DNA from: Bacillota bacterium
GTDB taxonomy: Bacteria; Bacillota; Clostridia; Christensenellales; UBA1242
Reading direction: 5' to 3'
Assembly (NCBI GenBank): GCA_009784665.1
Contig: WRBH01000003.1
Location: 5,498-69,497 of the forward strand
Length of the DNA: 64,000 bases
Positions within the stretch are counted from its first letter, which is position 1. Each line of letters begins with the position of its first letter. Position numbers and translations under genes: made by a program. The notes under the pieces were generated by a model. That model saw only the letters and a list, made by a program, of their open reading frames with translations. It was not told the origin of the DNA and made no database searches. Shown one piece after another: positions 45,323 to 54,167 of this stretch.

Positions 45323-45328
45323 TATACT
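45300..45328 (+). promoter_or_regulatory. rpmB promoter (leadered)
   Basis: TTGCCA(45300-45305)-17nt-TATACT(45323-45328); SD GGAGG 45340-45344. Confidence 0.5.
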
Positions 45329-45351
45329 TCGGGGTTAATGGAGGTTCGGTC

Positions 45352-45540
45352 ATGAGCAGAACATGTGATTTATGTATGAAAGGCAAAATGCGGGGAAACA
45401 CCGTTAGTCACTCTAACAGGAAAGCCCCAAGGCACTACAAGCCTAACTTGCAAAAGGAAACGGTAGAGATAAGTGGTAACAGCCATCACCTTTTAATTTG
45501 CACAAAGTGCAAGCGTACGATTGCCAAAAACGCAGGGTGA
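45352..45540 (+). CDS. rpmB: 50S ribosomal protein L28
   Basis: MSRTCDLCMKGKMRGNTVSHSNRKAPRHYKPNLQ, 62 aa. Confidence 0.92.
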   Translation: MSRTCDLCMKGKMRGNTVSHSNRKAPRHYKPNLQKETVEISGNSHHLLICTKCKRTIAKNAG

Positions 45541-45541
45541 T

Positions 45542-46048
45542 TTACAGGCGGAGTCTGTAAATCCAGCGGCTTCCAAGCACTCTTTCAACATAAGCGTTAG
45601 TAGCAGGATATGGTGAAGTTTCCAGGGTCGTCAGGCCCTTTTCTTTAAGCCATCCTGCAACTTTGCCCTCACCGGCATTATAGGCAATAAGCACAGTTCG
45701 CAAATCCCCAAACCTGTCGAACAAATACCGCAAATATTTTGTCCCCAGCCTGATGTTTGTCTCAGGGTCGGTCAAATCTATATCGTTGCTTTGGGCAATC
45801 CATCTGGCGGTCGAGGGCATAAGTTGCATCAATCCAACTGCACCTTTACTACTGATGACATTGTGCCTGAAACCGCTTTCTGCCCTGATGATTGATGCAA
45901 TAAGGTCGGGTTCAATATCGAATTCGGTGCTGGCACTTTTTATAGCGTCCTGGTGTTTCAGGGGATACGCCGCTAAGATTATCGCAAATCCCATTCCGAA
46001 AAGAAAGCAAATTGTCAGTATTACAACAATAGTCGCTTTCCACCACAT
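45542..46048 (-). CDS. lytic transglycosylase (SLT domain) with N-terminal membrane anchor
   Basis: ESGFRHNVISSKGAVGLMQLMPSTA. Start set at Met30 (46048), just after the dinB stop. Confidence 0.8.
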   Translation of the reverse strand: MWWKATIVVILTICFLFGMGFAIILAAYPLKHQDAIKSASTEFDIEPDLIASIIRAESGFRHNVISSKGAVGLMQLMPSTARWIAQSNDIDLTDPETNIRLGTKYLRYLFDRFGDLRTVLIAYNAGEGKVAGWLKEKGLTTLETSPYPATNAYVERVLGSRWIYRLRL

Positions 46049-46052
46049 GGTC

Positions 46053-47219
46053 CTAGTATATGCTGCCAACGCCTGTTCCAAACGCGATTGCATCAGTTCC
46101 ATGCTTTTTTCGCAACTCGTCGAACAGCTCATCAAATTTTTCGGATTTTTTATCTGCGAACATGTCTATCTGCTCTCGGGCTCCATCTGAAAGATTTGAT
46201 ACAGAAACCCGCAAGCTTCGTACAGGCCAGATATCGAATTTTTTAAATATTTCAAGGGCAGTTGTTGTGATAATCGGTGCATGAGAAGTTGCTAGGGCAA
46301 TTGTTGCCTGGGCTCCGTGCCAGCGAAGATTTGAATCCCGAATACCAAGGTTAACAGTTGTGCCCTTGACGCCCTTTCGTCGCATGCGGGTTGCGACCTC
46401 TTCGGCTAGGTTATAGATAACCTTTTCGACATCTTTGATATTTGTTAAATCACGGGACAAAGTAGTCCCATTCCCAACACTCTTTACATCATCGACAGTA
46501 TGAAAATCCTCGACCGGTTCGTCACATTCACCTCGTGCCGCCAAGATGATTCTTTCGGCACTGATACCTATATGTGTCTTCAGAACCTCAATATCAAAAG
46601 CTGCCAATTCGCCAATAGTCTTGACACCTAACTTTGCCAAAAGTCGTGCGGTCTTTCGGCCAACAAACAACATCTCGTTAACGGGCAACGGCCATACTAA
46701 CTGTTTATAGTTGTTTTTACTGATAACCGTCACAGCATCAGGCTTCTTTATATCCGAACCAAGTTTCGCAAAAGTTTTATTCCACGACACCCCAACAGAT
46801 ATAGTCAAACCCAGCTCATCCTTGATTATTTGCCTCAGTCGGTCTGCAATGATCGCTCCATCGCCAAACAGCTTTTCAGAGGCCGTTACATCCAGCCAGC
46901 ATTCGTCCTGACCAAAACTCTCGACCTTGTCAGTAAAGCGATAATAAATCTCACGAACCAGTTTTGCATATTTCGAGTACTCCCTGTGTTGTGGTATAAC
47001 AATCTGGATGTCGGGACACTTATTTTTTGCCATCCACACTGTGTCGCCTGTCCTTATACCAGCCGCTTTTGCTGTTTCGCATTTAGCCAAGACTATACCT
47101 TTTCGCTCTTTGGGGTCCCCGCAAACCGCCAGAGGCCTACCCAACAGGGATGGGTTTAAAACCCTCTCCACAGAGGCGAAAAAATTATTTAGGTCACAAT
47201 GCAAAATTACTCGTTCCAC
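46053..47219 (-). CDS. dinB: DNA polymerase IV (Y-family)
   Basis: ILHCDLNNFFASVE, QDECWLDVT, and the little-finger region. GTG start. Confidence 0.93.
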   Translation of the reverse strand: MERVILHCDLNNFFASVERVLNPSLLGRPLAVCGDPKERKGIVLAKCETAKAAGIRTGDTVWMAKNKCPDIQIVIPQHREYSKYAKLVREIYYRFTDKVESFGQDECWLDVTASEKLFGDGAIIADRLRQIIKDELGLTISVGVSWNKTFAKLGSDIKKPDAVTVISKNNYKQLVWPLPVNEMLFVGRKTARLLAKLGVKTIGELAAFDIEVLKTHIGISAERIILAARGECDEPVEDFHTVDDVKSVGNGTTLSRDLTNIKDVEKVIYNLAEEVATRMRRKGVKGTTVNLGIRDSNLRWHGAQATIALATSHAPIITTTALEIFKKFDIWPVRSLRVSVSNLSDGAREQIDMFADKKSEKFDELFDELRKKHGTDAIAFGTGVGSIY

Positions 47220-47222
47220 CGC

Positions 47223-47252
47223 TTGACTAGTATAGCACGCTTGTAGTATAAT
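47223..47252 (+). promoter_or_regulatory. tRNA-Tyr promoter
   Basis: TTGACT(47223-47228)-18nt-TATAAT(47247-47252); 44 nt upstream of the mature 5' end. Confidence 0.6.
47229..47237 (-). promoter_or_regulatory. extended -10 promoter for dinB
   Basis: Minus strand TGcTATACT; GTG 47219 is 9 nt downstream. Confidence 0.35.
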
Positions 47253-47296
47253 ACTTTATACAAAGGGAGTATGCTTAAGAGCGGTCACACAAATAT

Positions 47297-47382
47297 GGGT
47301 GGTTGCCAGAGCGGCCAATTGGAGCAGTCTGTAAAACTGTCGGCGAGAGCCTACGGTGGTTCGAATCCATCACCACCCACCA
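47297..47382 (+). tRNA. tRNA-Tyr (anticodon GTA), class II with long variable arm, CCA encoded
   Basis: The acceptor stem GGGTGGT pairs with ACCACCC. Anticodon loop CTGTAAA and T-loop GGTTCGAATCC. It is near-identical in layout to E. coli tRNA-Tyr. Confidence 0.95.
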
Positions 47383-47412
47383 CCACTTAAGGCATTGCAC
47401 CCTTCATACATG

Positions 47413-47441
47413 ACGAACCTGAATTCAGGTTCGTTTTTTTT
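47413..47441 (+). terminator. rho-independent terminator after tRNA-Tyr
   Basis: 9-bp stem ACGAACCTG/CAGGTTCGT, loop AATT, followed by a T8 run. Confidence 0.85.
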
Positions 47442-47450
47442 CGACCAGTA

Positions 47451-47480
47451 TTGAAAAGAGAATGTCCGCCGTGATATACT
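47451..47480 (+). promoter_or_regulatory. sigma-A type promoter, leaderless start at 47486
   Basis: TTGAAA(47451-47456)-18nt-TATACT(47475-47480); ATG 5 nt downstream. Confidence 0.55.
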
Positions 47481-47485
47481 GCTGT

Positions 47486-47953
47486 ATGGAACTATCTATC
47501 CAGCAGGAATATTACAGGGAATTCTCAGAGTTTTTTGAGAGATACAAAGACCGAATTCGGCTCAACCCCGATGATTCTTATATTTCGTTCGATTATGATG
47601 ATGAACTAGGTTGGCATACGGATACTTTCCTAACCCCCAGAGAGTTTGATGAACTTAGCAAAGCAAAGACTCTGAAAGAACTTTTTGGAGTTAACCATAA
47701 GATTTATTACTACCACGATGGACAAATAAGGTCAGAATTTGAAACATTAGAAAATAAATACTTCGGCATTTTCGGGCACGACTGGGGGGTTCGCCATGAA
47801 TTGTCTAATTCTTTGATACAACACAACGCCACAAAAGTGAGGATAAAAGATTCTAGTTGGGATGAATATGTTAAAAATTCTCCCAACAAATATTTTGACG
47901 ACAACACTTACAATGAGATTACTTACCCAAAATCTTCACTTTGTGTGCCGTGA
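47486..47953 (+). CDS. hypothetical protein (155 aa)
   Basis: Start moved from 47462 to Met9 by promoter spacing; no recognised motif. Confidence 0.6.
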   Translation: MELSIQQEYYREFSEFFERYKDRIRLNPDDSYISFDYDDELGWHTDTFLTPREFDELSKAKTLKELFGVNHKIYYYHDGQIRSEFETLENKYFGIFGHDWGVRHELSNSLIQHNATKVRIKDSSWDEYVKNSPNKYFDDNTYNEITYPKSSLCVP

Positions 47954-48078
47954 TTATTGTATAGCTATGGGCATTAACTGTAACAATTGATTCCCCAGCA
48001 TTGACATACCAATTTTTGCCCTTGCTTTCAATATCGTTAGATTGCAGGATTTTATTTTTACAGTATTCTGATTGGGCA

Positions 48079-48107
48079 TTGACATTTCCCATGAATTAGT
48101 ATAGAAT
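48079..48107 (+). promoter_or_regulatory. sigma-A type promoter (leadered)
   Basis: TTGACA(48079-48084)-17nt-TAGAAT(48102-48107); SD AAGGAGG 48118-48124. Confidence 0.6.
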
Positions 48108-48131
48108 AATCCTATCGAAGGAGGTACTAAA

Positions 48132-48419
48132 ATGTCAAATATTTACACAGGTGGCCCAGTCGACAGGAACGCTCTAAATCCAAGAGGGTATTGGAAAGAA
48201 GAAGAGAACATCAACTATACATGGGAATTGCTTGATAGCGGTGAACTTGTTGGTCACACAAAACAACAGTTAGAGGAACTTGTCAGTACGCTTGATGAAG
48301 CAACACTGTTCGCAGGTGCTTTGCGTTGCCTGATTTATTGGTATGATGCAGAAAATGTCCAGGAAAAATTATTCCCAAAAATAGAAGCACAATCAGAGCA
48401 ATCGGGCATTTCTTTTTGA
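48132..48419 (+). CDS. hypothetical protein (95 aa)
   Basis: Strong SD and promoter; no recognised motif. Confidence 0.65.
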   Translation: MSNIYTGGPVDRNALNPRGYWKEEENINYTWELLDSGELVGHTKQQLEELVSTLDEATLFAGALRCLIYWYDAENVQEKLFPKIEAQSEQSGISF

Positions 48420-48528
48420 AAAGATTTATTCATCTCTATGTTGAATTTTGTCACAAAAGAGATGAATCTGAAAATTTTAATGTTAAACTGCCTCGTCTTG
48501 AATGTGTCGACAAAACAAGACAAGAAGT

Positions 48529-48558
48529 TTGACAATTTAATATAAAGAGCGATATGAT
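48529..48558 (+). promoter_or_regulatory. comM-dprA promoter, leaderless start at 48564
   Basis: TTGACA(48529-48534)-18nt-TATGAT(48553-48558); ATG 5 nt downstream. Confidence 0.55.
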
Positions 48559-48563
48559 ATCTC

Positions 48564-50108
48564 ATGCTGTCAAAAGTTAAGAGTTTCGGCGTGGGCGGAA
48601 TCAATGGCTATGTTGTTGATGTCGAGGTTGATATCTCGCCGGGGTTGCCGCGGTATTTGCTTGTGGGGCTGCCCGATGCCTCAGTCAAGGAGAGTCGCGA
48701 AAGGGTAGACAGTGCCATCCGCAACAGCATGTTCGAATTCCCAAACAGCAAAGTGATTATAAACCTCGCCCCTGCCGATACGCGAAAAGAAGGTTCGCTA
48801 TATGATCTGCCAATTGCAATCGGAGTTTTGCAAAGCCTGGGCGAGATAAAGGACGAGGAAAAGGCAGGCGAGTTCGCATTCGTGGGCGAGTTGGGTCTAG
48901 ACGGCGAAATTCGTCGTGTTAATGGTATCCTCCCAATATTAATGTCTGCCAAGGAATGTGGCATTAAGAAAGTTATTATTCCAAAAGAAAACGAACCCGA
49001 GGCGTCCTTTGTACACGGCGTAACGGTATTCACGGCAAAAAACTTGCGAGAGATTGTGGATGCCTTAAATGGCGAGGAAGGTGCAACTCTGACTCGTGTG
49101 AATAAGAAATCCTTTGACGAGGCAAAGAGGGAAGATGCTCACACCGTCGATATCAAATTCGTTCGTGGGCAATATACCGCCAAGCGGGCTCTAGAGATTG
49201 CTTCGGCGGGCGGACATAATATCTTATTGATTGGCCCTCCGGGATCGGGCAAGACGATGCTGGCGAAATGCTTTCCGACGATTTTACCTGATTTAACTTT
49301 CGAGGAGAGTCTAGAAGTTTCAAAAATCCACAGCGTCGCGGGAACGCTTGACCCCAAGCGGGGCATGATAACCACACGACCTTTCCGTACTCCGCATCAT
49401 ACAGCCTCTGTTGTCGCATTGGCGGGAGGTGGAAAATTCAGCCGCCCCGGCGAGATTTCCCTGGCACATCATGGCGTGTTGTTTTTGGACGAAATGCCCG
49501 AATATCCACGGAATTCGTTGGAGATGCTGCGACAGCCCTTGGAGGACAACACCATAACAATCGCTCGTTCGCATGCAACGGTGCAATATCCTGCGTCATT
49601 TACCTTAATCGCGTCTATGAATCCGTGTCCGTGTGGGAATTATGGCTCGCGGACCCAGAAATGCTCGTGCCGCAGAACAGAGGTCAGTAAATACTTGGCA
49701 AAGCTAAGTGGCCCCCTTATGGACCGAATCGACATGCACATCGAGGTCGACAGCGTAACATACGATGACCTATCACAAAAAGGCATAGGGGAATCCAGTG
49801 CCGAGGTTAAAATTCGTACCAGCTCCGCTCGCACGGCACAGTTGAACCGATTTAAGGACAGTCAGAATTTTTCCAATGCTAAAATGACGGAAATTGATAT
49901 CAAAAAACATTGTGCCCTTGACCCCGCGTCGGAGGCTATCTTGAAAAATGCATTTGAAAAGCTGAAGCTATCCGCCCGTGCATATTCCCGAATCCTACGG
50001 GTTGCCCGCACTATTGCAGATCTAGAGGGCGAGGAAAATATCAACGCCGATCACATCACCGAGGCGGTGGGGTATCGTTCGCTTGATCGCAAGTACGGAG
50101 GTAACTGA
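48564..50108 (+). CDS. comM: YifB/ComM family Mg-chelatase-like AAA+ ATPase
   Basis: Lon-protease-like N-terminal domain, Walker A GPPGSGKTMLAK, and LFLDEMPEY. Confidence 0.93.
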   Translation: MLSKVKSFGVGGINGYVVDVEVDISPGLPRYLLVGLPDASVKESRERVDSAIRNSMFEFPNSKVIINLAPADTRKEGSLYDLPIAIGVLQSLGEIKDEEKAGEFAFVGELGLDGEIRRVNGILPILMSAKECGIKKVIIPKENEPEASFVHGVTVFTAKNLREIVDALNGEEGATLTRVNKKSFDEAKREDAHTVDIKFVRGQYTAKRALEIASAGGHNILLIGPPGSGKTMLAKCFPTILPDLTFEESLEVSKIHSVAGTLDPKRGMITTRPFRTPHHTASVVALAGGGKFSRPGEISLAHHGVLFLDEMPEYPRNSLEMLRQPLEDNTITIARSHATVQYPASFTLIASMNPCPCGNYGSRTQKCSCRRTEVSKYLAKLSGPLMDRIDMHIEVDSVTYDDLSQKGIGESSAEVKIRTSSARTAQLNRFKDSQNFSNAKMTEIDIKKHCALDPASEAILKNAFEKLKLSARAYSRILRVARTIADLEGEENINADHITEAVGYRSLDRKYGGN

Positions 50109-51112
50109 TGGAATATTCAATCGACGAAAAAATCTGCATAGCCATGTCCCGGACCGAGGATGTCAAGTACCGTAACAAGTTGCGGGACACGATGAATTTA
50201 GATTTAGTTGATGACAAGGCGGAGTTAGAGAGCTTTATACGCAATTGCACAGAGCAGGGCATTGTAATTGTAACAATGAAAAGTGAACGATACCCAAAAA
50301 GTTTGTTAAATTTGGAAGCCCCACCAATTGTTCTATATTGCAAGGGAAATCTTGGTTTACTGGAAAAACCCGCCGTTGCGATTGTCGGAACCCGCGACTG
50401 TACTCGGTATGGTCAAGATGTGGCAACTCGTTTTGCTAAAGAATTCGCAGGCAGAGGATTGGTTGTAGTATCAGGCCTTGCCGATGGTATTGACGCTGCG
50501 GCTCATCTGGGGGCGGGTATTGAAAATACCATAGGAGTGCTAGGGAATGGGTTGAATGTATTTTATCCAAAGGGTAACACAAAATTGCAAAAGGATATGT
50601 TTCAAAAGGGACTGGTAATTTCCGAGTACCTGCCAAACACGCCTGTCGCCAGGTATAACTTTCCGTGGCGAAATCGAATTGTTGCGGGATTATCCCAAGC
50701 TCTTCTTATCGTCGAGGCAGACATCAAAAGTGGAACTATGATTACCAAGGACTGGGCACTAGATTTGGGCCTTGATGTGTATTCCGTACCTGGGCCGATT
50801 TATTCGACGGCCTCGCGTGGGACCAACCATATGATTAAGGAAGGTGGGTTAATAGCAACCAGTCCCGATGATGTCCTGGCAACCTTTGGGGCGTTCGAGA
50901 AAAGTAAAGAGGCCGAGGCAACCTACATCCAATTATCATTCGAGGAAAAGATGGTTATCGATATGTTGCGGCGGGGCGAGCAGCACTTTGATGACATAGT
51001 GACCGAGTTAAATCTAAAGCCCTCGAAATGTGTAACTCTGCTAACAAACATGGAGATTCGCGGACTTATAGATAAATTACCAGGAAATTTCTTTGCATTC
51101 AACCAACAGTAG
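50108..51112 (+). CDS. dprA: DNA-processing protein DprA/Smf
   Basis: IVGTRDCTRYG and SGLADGIDAAAH, with a C-terminal winged-helix-like tail. ATGA overlap with comM. Confidence 0.92.
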   Translation: MEYSIDEKICIAMSRTEDVKYRNKLRDTMNLDLVDDKAELESFIRNCTEQGIVIVTMKSERYPKSLLNLEAPPIVLYCKGNLGLLEKPAVAIVGTRDCTRYGQDVATRFAKEFAGRGLVVVSGLADGIDAAAHLGAGIENTIGVLGNGLNVFYPKGNTKLQKDMFQKGLVISEYLPNTPVARYNFPWRNRIVAGLSQALLIVEADIKSGTMITKDWALDLGLDVYSVPGPIYSTASRGTNHMIKEGGLIATSPDDVLATFGAFEKSKEAEATYIQLSFEEKMVIDMLRRGEQHFDDIVTELNLKPSKCVTLLTNMEIRGLIDKLPGNFFAFNQQ

Positions 51113-51143
51113 AGGATTTCTACCTCTGGTAGAGGATTTTTAC

Positions 51144-51172
51144 TTGAAATTGATATAGCTATGGGCTAGAAT
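51144..51172 (+). promoter_or_regulatory. sigma-A type promoter (leadered)
   Basis: TTGAAA(51144-51149)-17nt-TAGAAT(51167-51172); SD AAGGAGG lies before ATG 51198. Confidence 0.6.
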
Positions 51173-51197
51173 CGGGATATAAAAGGAGGCATTCATT

Positions 51198-52022
51198 ATG
51201 AATGAAATCGAAATCGGAGGAAAGATAGCACAAGGCAGGAAGGAAAAGGGGTTGTCCCAGTCCCAGTTCGCGGAAATGTTAAACATCAGCCCCCAAGCGG
51301 TCAGTAAGTGGGAACGAGGCGAGAGCCTGCCTGACATCATCATGCTGGGTAAAATTGCGAATGTGATTGGGATGGACTTGAACCATTTTGCTTCTCTTGC
51401 CAAGGAAGAAAAGCAGGGCAAGGTAAAGAACATGTCCTACTCTGGATGGAAAGATGCAGACTTTTCTGGTTTGAAGAACCTGCATGAAAAAATGTCATGT
51501 TCAAATATCCAGCGCTGTAAATTCGTGGGTGCAGACCTGTCGGGAATTACATTTCGTGCAAACAATATGAAGGATAATGATTTTACGGATGCTCTTATCA
51601 GTGGCGGCAAGTTTTCGATGGCAAACCTGACTGGAAACAATTTCAAAGGCACAGACCTCAGTGAAATCATGGTGACTAAATCAAATTTCGGGCGAAATGA
51701 TTTCCATAACGCAAACTTTCGCAACGCTAAAATCAAGGTCAGCAAGTTTGAAGAAAACGATATGATAGGGGCAATTCTGGATGGTATTGAATTCGACAAA
51801 AGTGTTGTCAAGAGGATAATTTTCAGCGGTTCCATGGAAAACTGTTCATTTGTTCATAATGTTTTTAAAAAGGTCGAATTCGCGGATGTAATATTCAGGA
51901 ACTTATTCTTCAAGGGTTCGGCAAAAGGGATAACCTTTACAAATTGTATGGCGGACAAGGCATCTTACGCGTTCCTCCAGGCATCTGGTGCCAACATGAC
52001 AGGGATAGAAATTTTGGCTTGA
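51198..52022 (+). CDS. XRE-type HTH domain fused to a pentapeptide-repeat domain
   Basis: N-terminal KGLSQSQFAEMLNISPQAVSKWERG. The C-terminal part, about 190 aa, is made of A(D/N)LxG/F-type pentapeptide repeats (GADLSGITFRANNMKDNDFTDALISGGKFSMANLTGNNFKGTDLSE...). Confidence 0.8.
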   Translation: MNEIEIGGKIAQGRKEKGLSQSQFAEMLNISPQAVSKWERGESLPDIIMLGKIANVIGMDLNHFASLAKEEKQGKVKNMSYSGWKDADFSGLKNLHEKMSCSNIQRCKFVGADLSGITFRANNMKDNDFTDALISGGKFSMANLTGNNFKGTDLSEIMVTKSNFGRNDFHNANFRNAKIKVSKFEENDMIGAILDGIEFDKSVVKRIIFSGSMENCSFVHNVFKKVEFADVIFRNLFFKGSAKGITFTNCMADKASYAFLQASGANMTGIEILA

Positions 52023-52048
52023 CATGATTCGCCACGCAAGTGTATTCT
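52019..52048 (+). promoter_or_regulatory. topA promoter, leaderless start at 52055
   Basis: TTGACA(52019-52024)-18nt-TATTCT(52043-52048); ATG 6 nt downstream. The -35 overlaps the upstream stop codon. Confidence 0.5.
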
Positions 52049-52054
52049 GGGCGT

Positions 52055-54121
52055 ATGACCTTAGTCATCATAGAAGGTATCGGAAAAAAAGATACAATTA
52101 AAAAGTATCTAGGCAGCGGGTACGATGTCCTGGCCACTGGCGGACATTTTCGTGACCTGCCTAAAAGTGTCCTGGCGGTGGATGTTGATAACGGCTATAC
52201 GCCTAAGTATTCAATTCCGCGGGACAAGAACGAAACGGTGAAAAAGATAAAGGACAAAGCAGCCAAAGCAAAATCAGTCCTAATCGCAACTGACCCAGAC
52301 CGCGAAGGCGAGGCAATAGGTTTCCATGTTGCACATATCTTGGGCCTGGATCCGTCGTTGGAGAACCGAATAGCGTTCAACGAGATTACAAAAAAAGCGG
52401 TCCAAGAAGCTTTGCAAAACCCTAGAACCTTGGACATGGACTTGTTCCAAGCTCAACAGGCACGGCGGGTTCTGGACAGGCTTGTTGGATACAAATTGTC
52501 ACCCGTAGTTTCAAAAAAGATTAAGAAAAGCAAGCTAAGTGCCGGACGCGTCCAAAGTGTTACCTTAAAGCTGGTTGTTTTGCGGGAACGCGAAATTTTG
52601 GCATTTGTGCCAGAGGAATACTGGGATTTCTTTTCCCATTTGGAAAAAGATTCCGTTAAATTCAGGGCAACGCTGCACAGCGGCCTTGATGGTAAAAAGA
52701 TTAAACTTACTAACAAAGACGAAGTAGATGCCGTTGTCAAAGCGGTGGACAAGGCAAAATACGAAGTAGTAAATGTCAAGAAATCCATCACGAAATCCAA
52801 CGCCCCGCCCCCATATACAACATCCAGCATGCAACAAGATGCCTTAAACAAAGCAGGAATGTCCCTGAAGCGTTGTGGAATGGCAGCACAAGCCCTGTAC
52901 GAGGGTGTAGAACTGGGCGAACATGGGAAAACAGCATTGGTTACCTATATCCGTACAGACAGCTTCAGAGTATCTCCAGAAGCCCAGCACGAAGCGAAGG
53001 CTTGGATACTGGAAAAGTATGGTGCTGACTATGCACCAGAGACCTTTAATTTCTACAAGTCAAAAAAGTCTGCTCAAGACGCTCACGAGGCCATTCGCCC
53101 GACTAATATACACTTGACGCCCGAATCCGTGTCTAAATATTTGGCCCCTGACCAGGCAAAGCTATACCGATTAATCTATAACAGATTCCTTGCCTCGCAA
53201 ATGACCCAAGCAACATATGATTCTGTCTCGGTTGATATTGCCGCAGGAGGATATGGGTTTAGGGCTACAGGGCGTGTTCCGATTTTCTTGGGTTGGACGG
53301 TTCTGTACCAGCAAAAGGAAAAATCCTCCGATGAAGAGGGCGAAGAAAAGGAAGAGTTCGTAAAATTGCCAAACCTGGAAGTCGGAGATACCCCAGAATT
53401 CTTGAAATTAGAGTTCACTCAAAAATTCACCAAGCCGCCCGCCCGATATACCGAGGCAACCCTGGTCAAAGCAATGGAGGAGGCAGGCATTGGTCGCCCG
53501 GCAACATACAATCCAATAATCCAAAACATCGCGAATCGATACTACACTGAAAAAGAAGGTAAATCAATCAAGCCAACTGAACTAGGGTTTGCGGTTGTTG
53601 ACCTGTTGGACAAGTATTTCAAAGACATTATGAATATCGAGTTCACAGCAGGCCTAGAGGAGAAACTAGACGATATTGCATACGAGGGATTGGATTGGGT
53701 CAAGGTCATCGACGAGTTCTATCAACCATTTACCAAAGACATAGAAACCGCTATGGCTGGTGAGGATAATATTACAATCGCACAAGAGGTTTCCGATATC
53801 GAATGTGAAAAGTGTGGGAAGCTCCTTGTCGTTCGAATTGGACGCTTTGGCAAGTTTTATGCATGTCCCGGATTCCCTGCGTGCCGAAATATCAAGCCAT
53901 ATGAAAAGCCCCTGTTTAACTGTCCAAAATGCACGACGGGTGCGATTTATAAAAAAAAGTCAAAGAAGGGCAGAATGTTCTATGGCTGTGGGGCTTACCC
54001 AAATTGTGACTTTGTAACCTGGGATGAACCAACGGGTAAACTGTGTGATAAATGTAAAAGTCCAATAGTCACCGATCCAAAGAGCAAGCAAGTTAAGTGC
54101 AGCAGCAAGGAGTGTACCTGA
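52055..54121 (+). CDS. topA: DNA topoisomerase I
   Basis: TOPRIM MTLVIIEG...DPDREGEAIGFH, active-site Tyr region LVTYIRTDS, and three C-terminal Cys4 zinc ribbons. Confidence 0.96.
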   Translation: MTLVIIEGIGKKDTIKKYLGSGYDVLATGGHFRDLPKSVLAVDVDNGYTPKYSIPRDKNETVKKIKDKAAKAKSVLIATDPDREGEAIGFHVAHILGLDPSLENRIAFNEITKKAVQEALQNPRTLDMDLFQAQQARRVLDRLVGYKLSPVVSKKIKKSKLSAGRVQSVTLKLVVLREREILAFVPEEYWDFFSHLEKDSVKFRATLHSGLDGKKIKLTNKDEVDAVVKAVDKAKYEVVNVKKSITKSNAPPPYTTSSMQQDALNKAGMSLKRCGMAAQALYEGVELGEHGKTALVTYIRTDSFRVSPEAQHEAKAWILEKYGADYAPETFNFYKSKKSAQDAHEAIRPTNIHLTPESVSKYLAPDQAKLYRLIYNRFLASQMTQATYDSVSVDIAAGGYGFRATGRVPIFLGWTVLYQQKEKSSDEEGEEKEEFVKLPNLEVGDTPEFLKLEFTQKFTKPPARYTEATLVKAMEEAGIGRPATYNPIIQNIANRYYTEKEGKSIKPTELGFAVVDLLDKYFKDIMNIEFTAGLEEKLDDIAYEGLDWVKVIDEFYQPFTKDIETAMAGEDNITIAQEVSDIECEKCGKLLVVRIGRFGKFYACPGFPACRNIKPYEKPLFNCPKCTTGAIYKKKSKKGRMFYGCGAYPNCDFVTWDEPTGKLCDKCKSPIVTDPKSKQVKCSSKECT

Positions 54122-54133
54122 ACATGGGTACTA

Positions 54134-54162
54134 TTGACCTCTAGTAAAGCTTGTGGTATCTT
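54134..54162 (+). promoter_or_regulatory. sigma-A type promoter, leaderless start at 54168
   Basis: TTGACC(54134-54139)-17nt-TATCTT(54157-54162); ATG 5 nt downstream. Confidence 0.5.
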
Positions 54163-54167
54163 ATGTG

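Noticed and set aside
48429-48466. Inverted repeat TTCATCTCT ... AGAGATGAA downstream of 48132-48419.
   Set aside because: The loop is 20 nt and no T tract follows, so it is not a convincing intrinsic terminator.
47297-48563. Possible integrated element or genomic island at tRNA-Tyr.
   Set aside because: There is no integrase or recombinase. I could not find a direct repeat of the tRNA 3' end downstream. There are no phage or conjugation genes. Only two orphan genes are present, which I reported as a low-confidence finding.
51110-51141. Direct repeat TAGAGGATTT (51110-51119 and 51130-51139) flanking CCTCT (51123-51127). It could form two alternative 5-bp hairpins, the second followed by ATTTTT. 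This might be a dprA terminator or an attenuator.
   Set aside because: The stems are only 5 bp with loops of 3-7 nt, which is too weak to call. It may be a marginal terminator.
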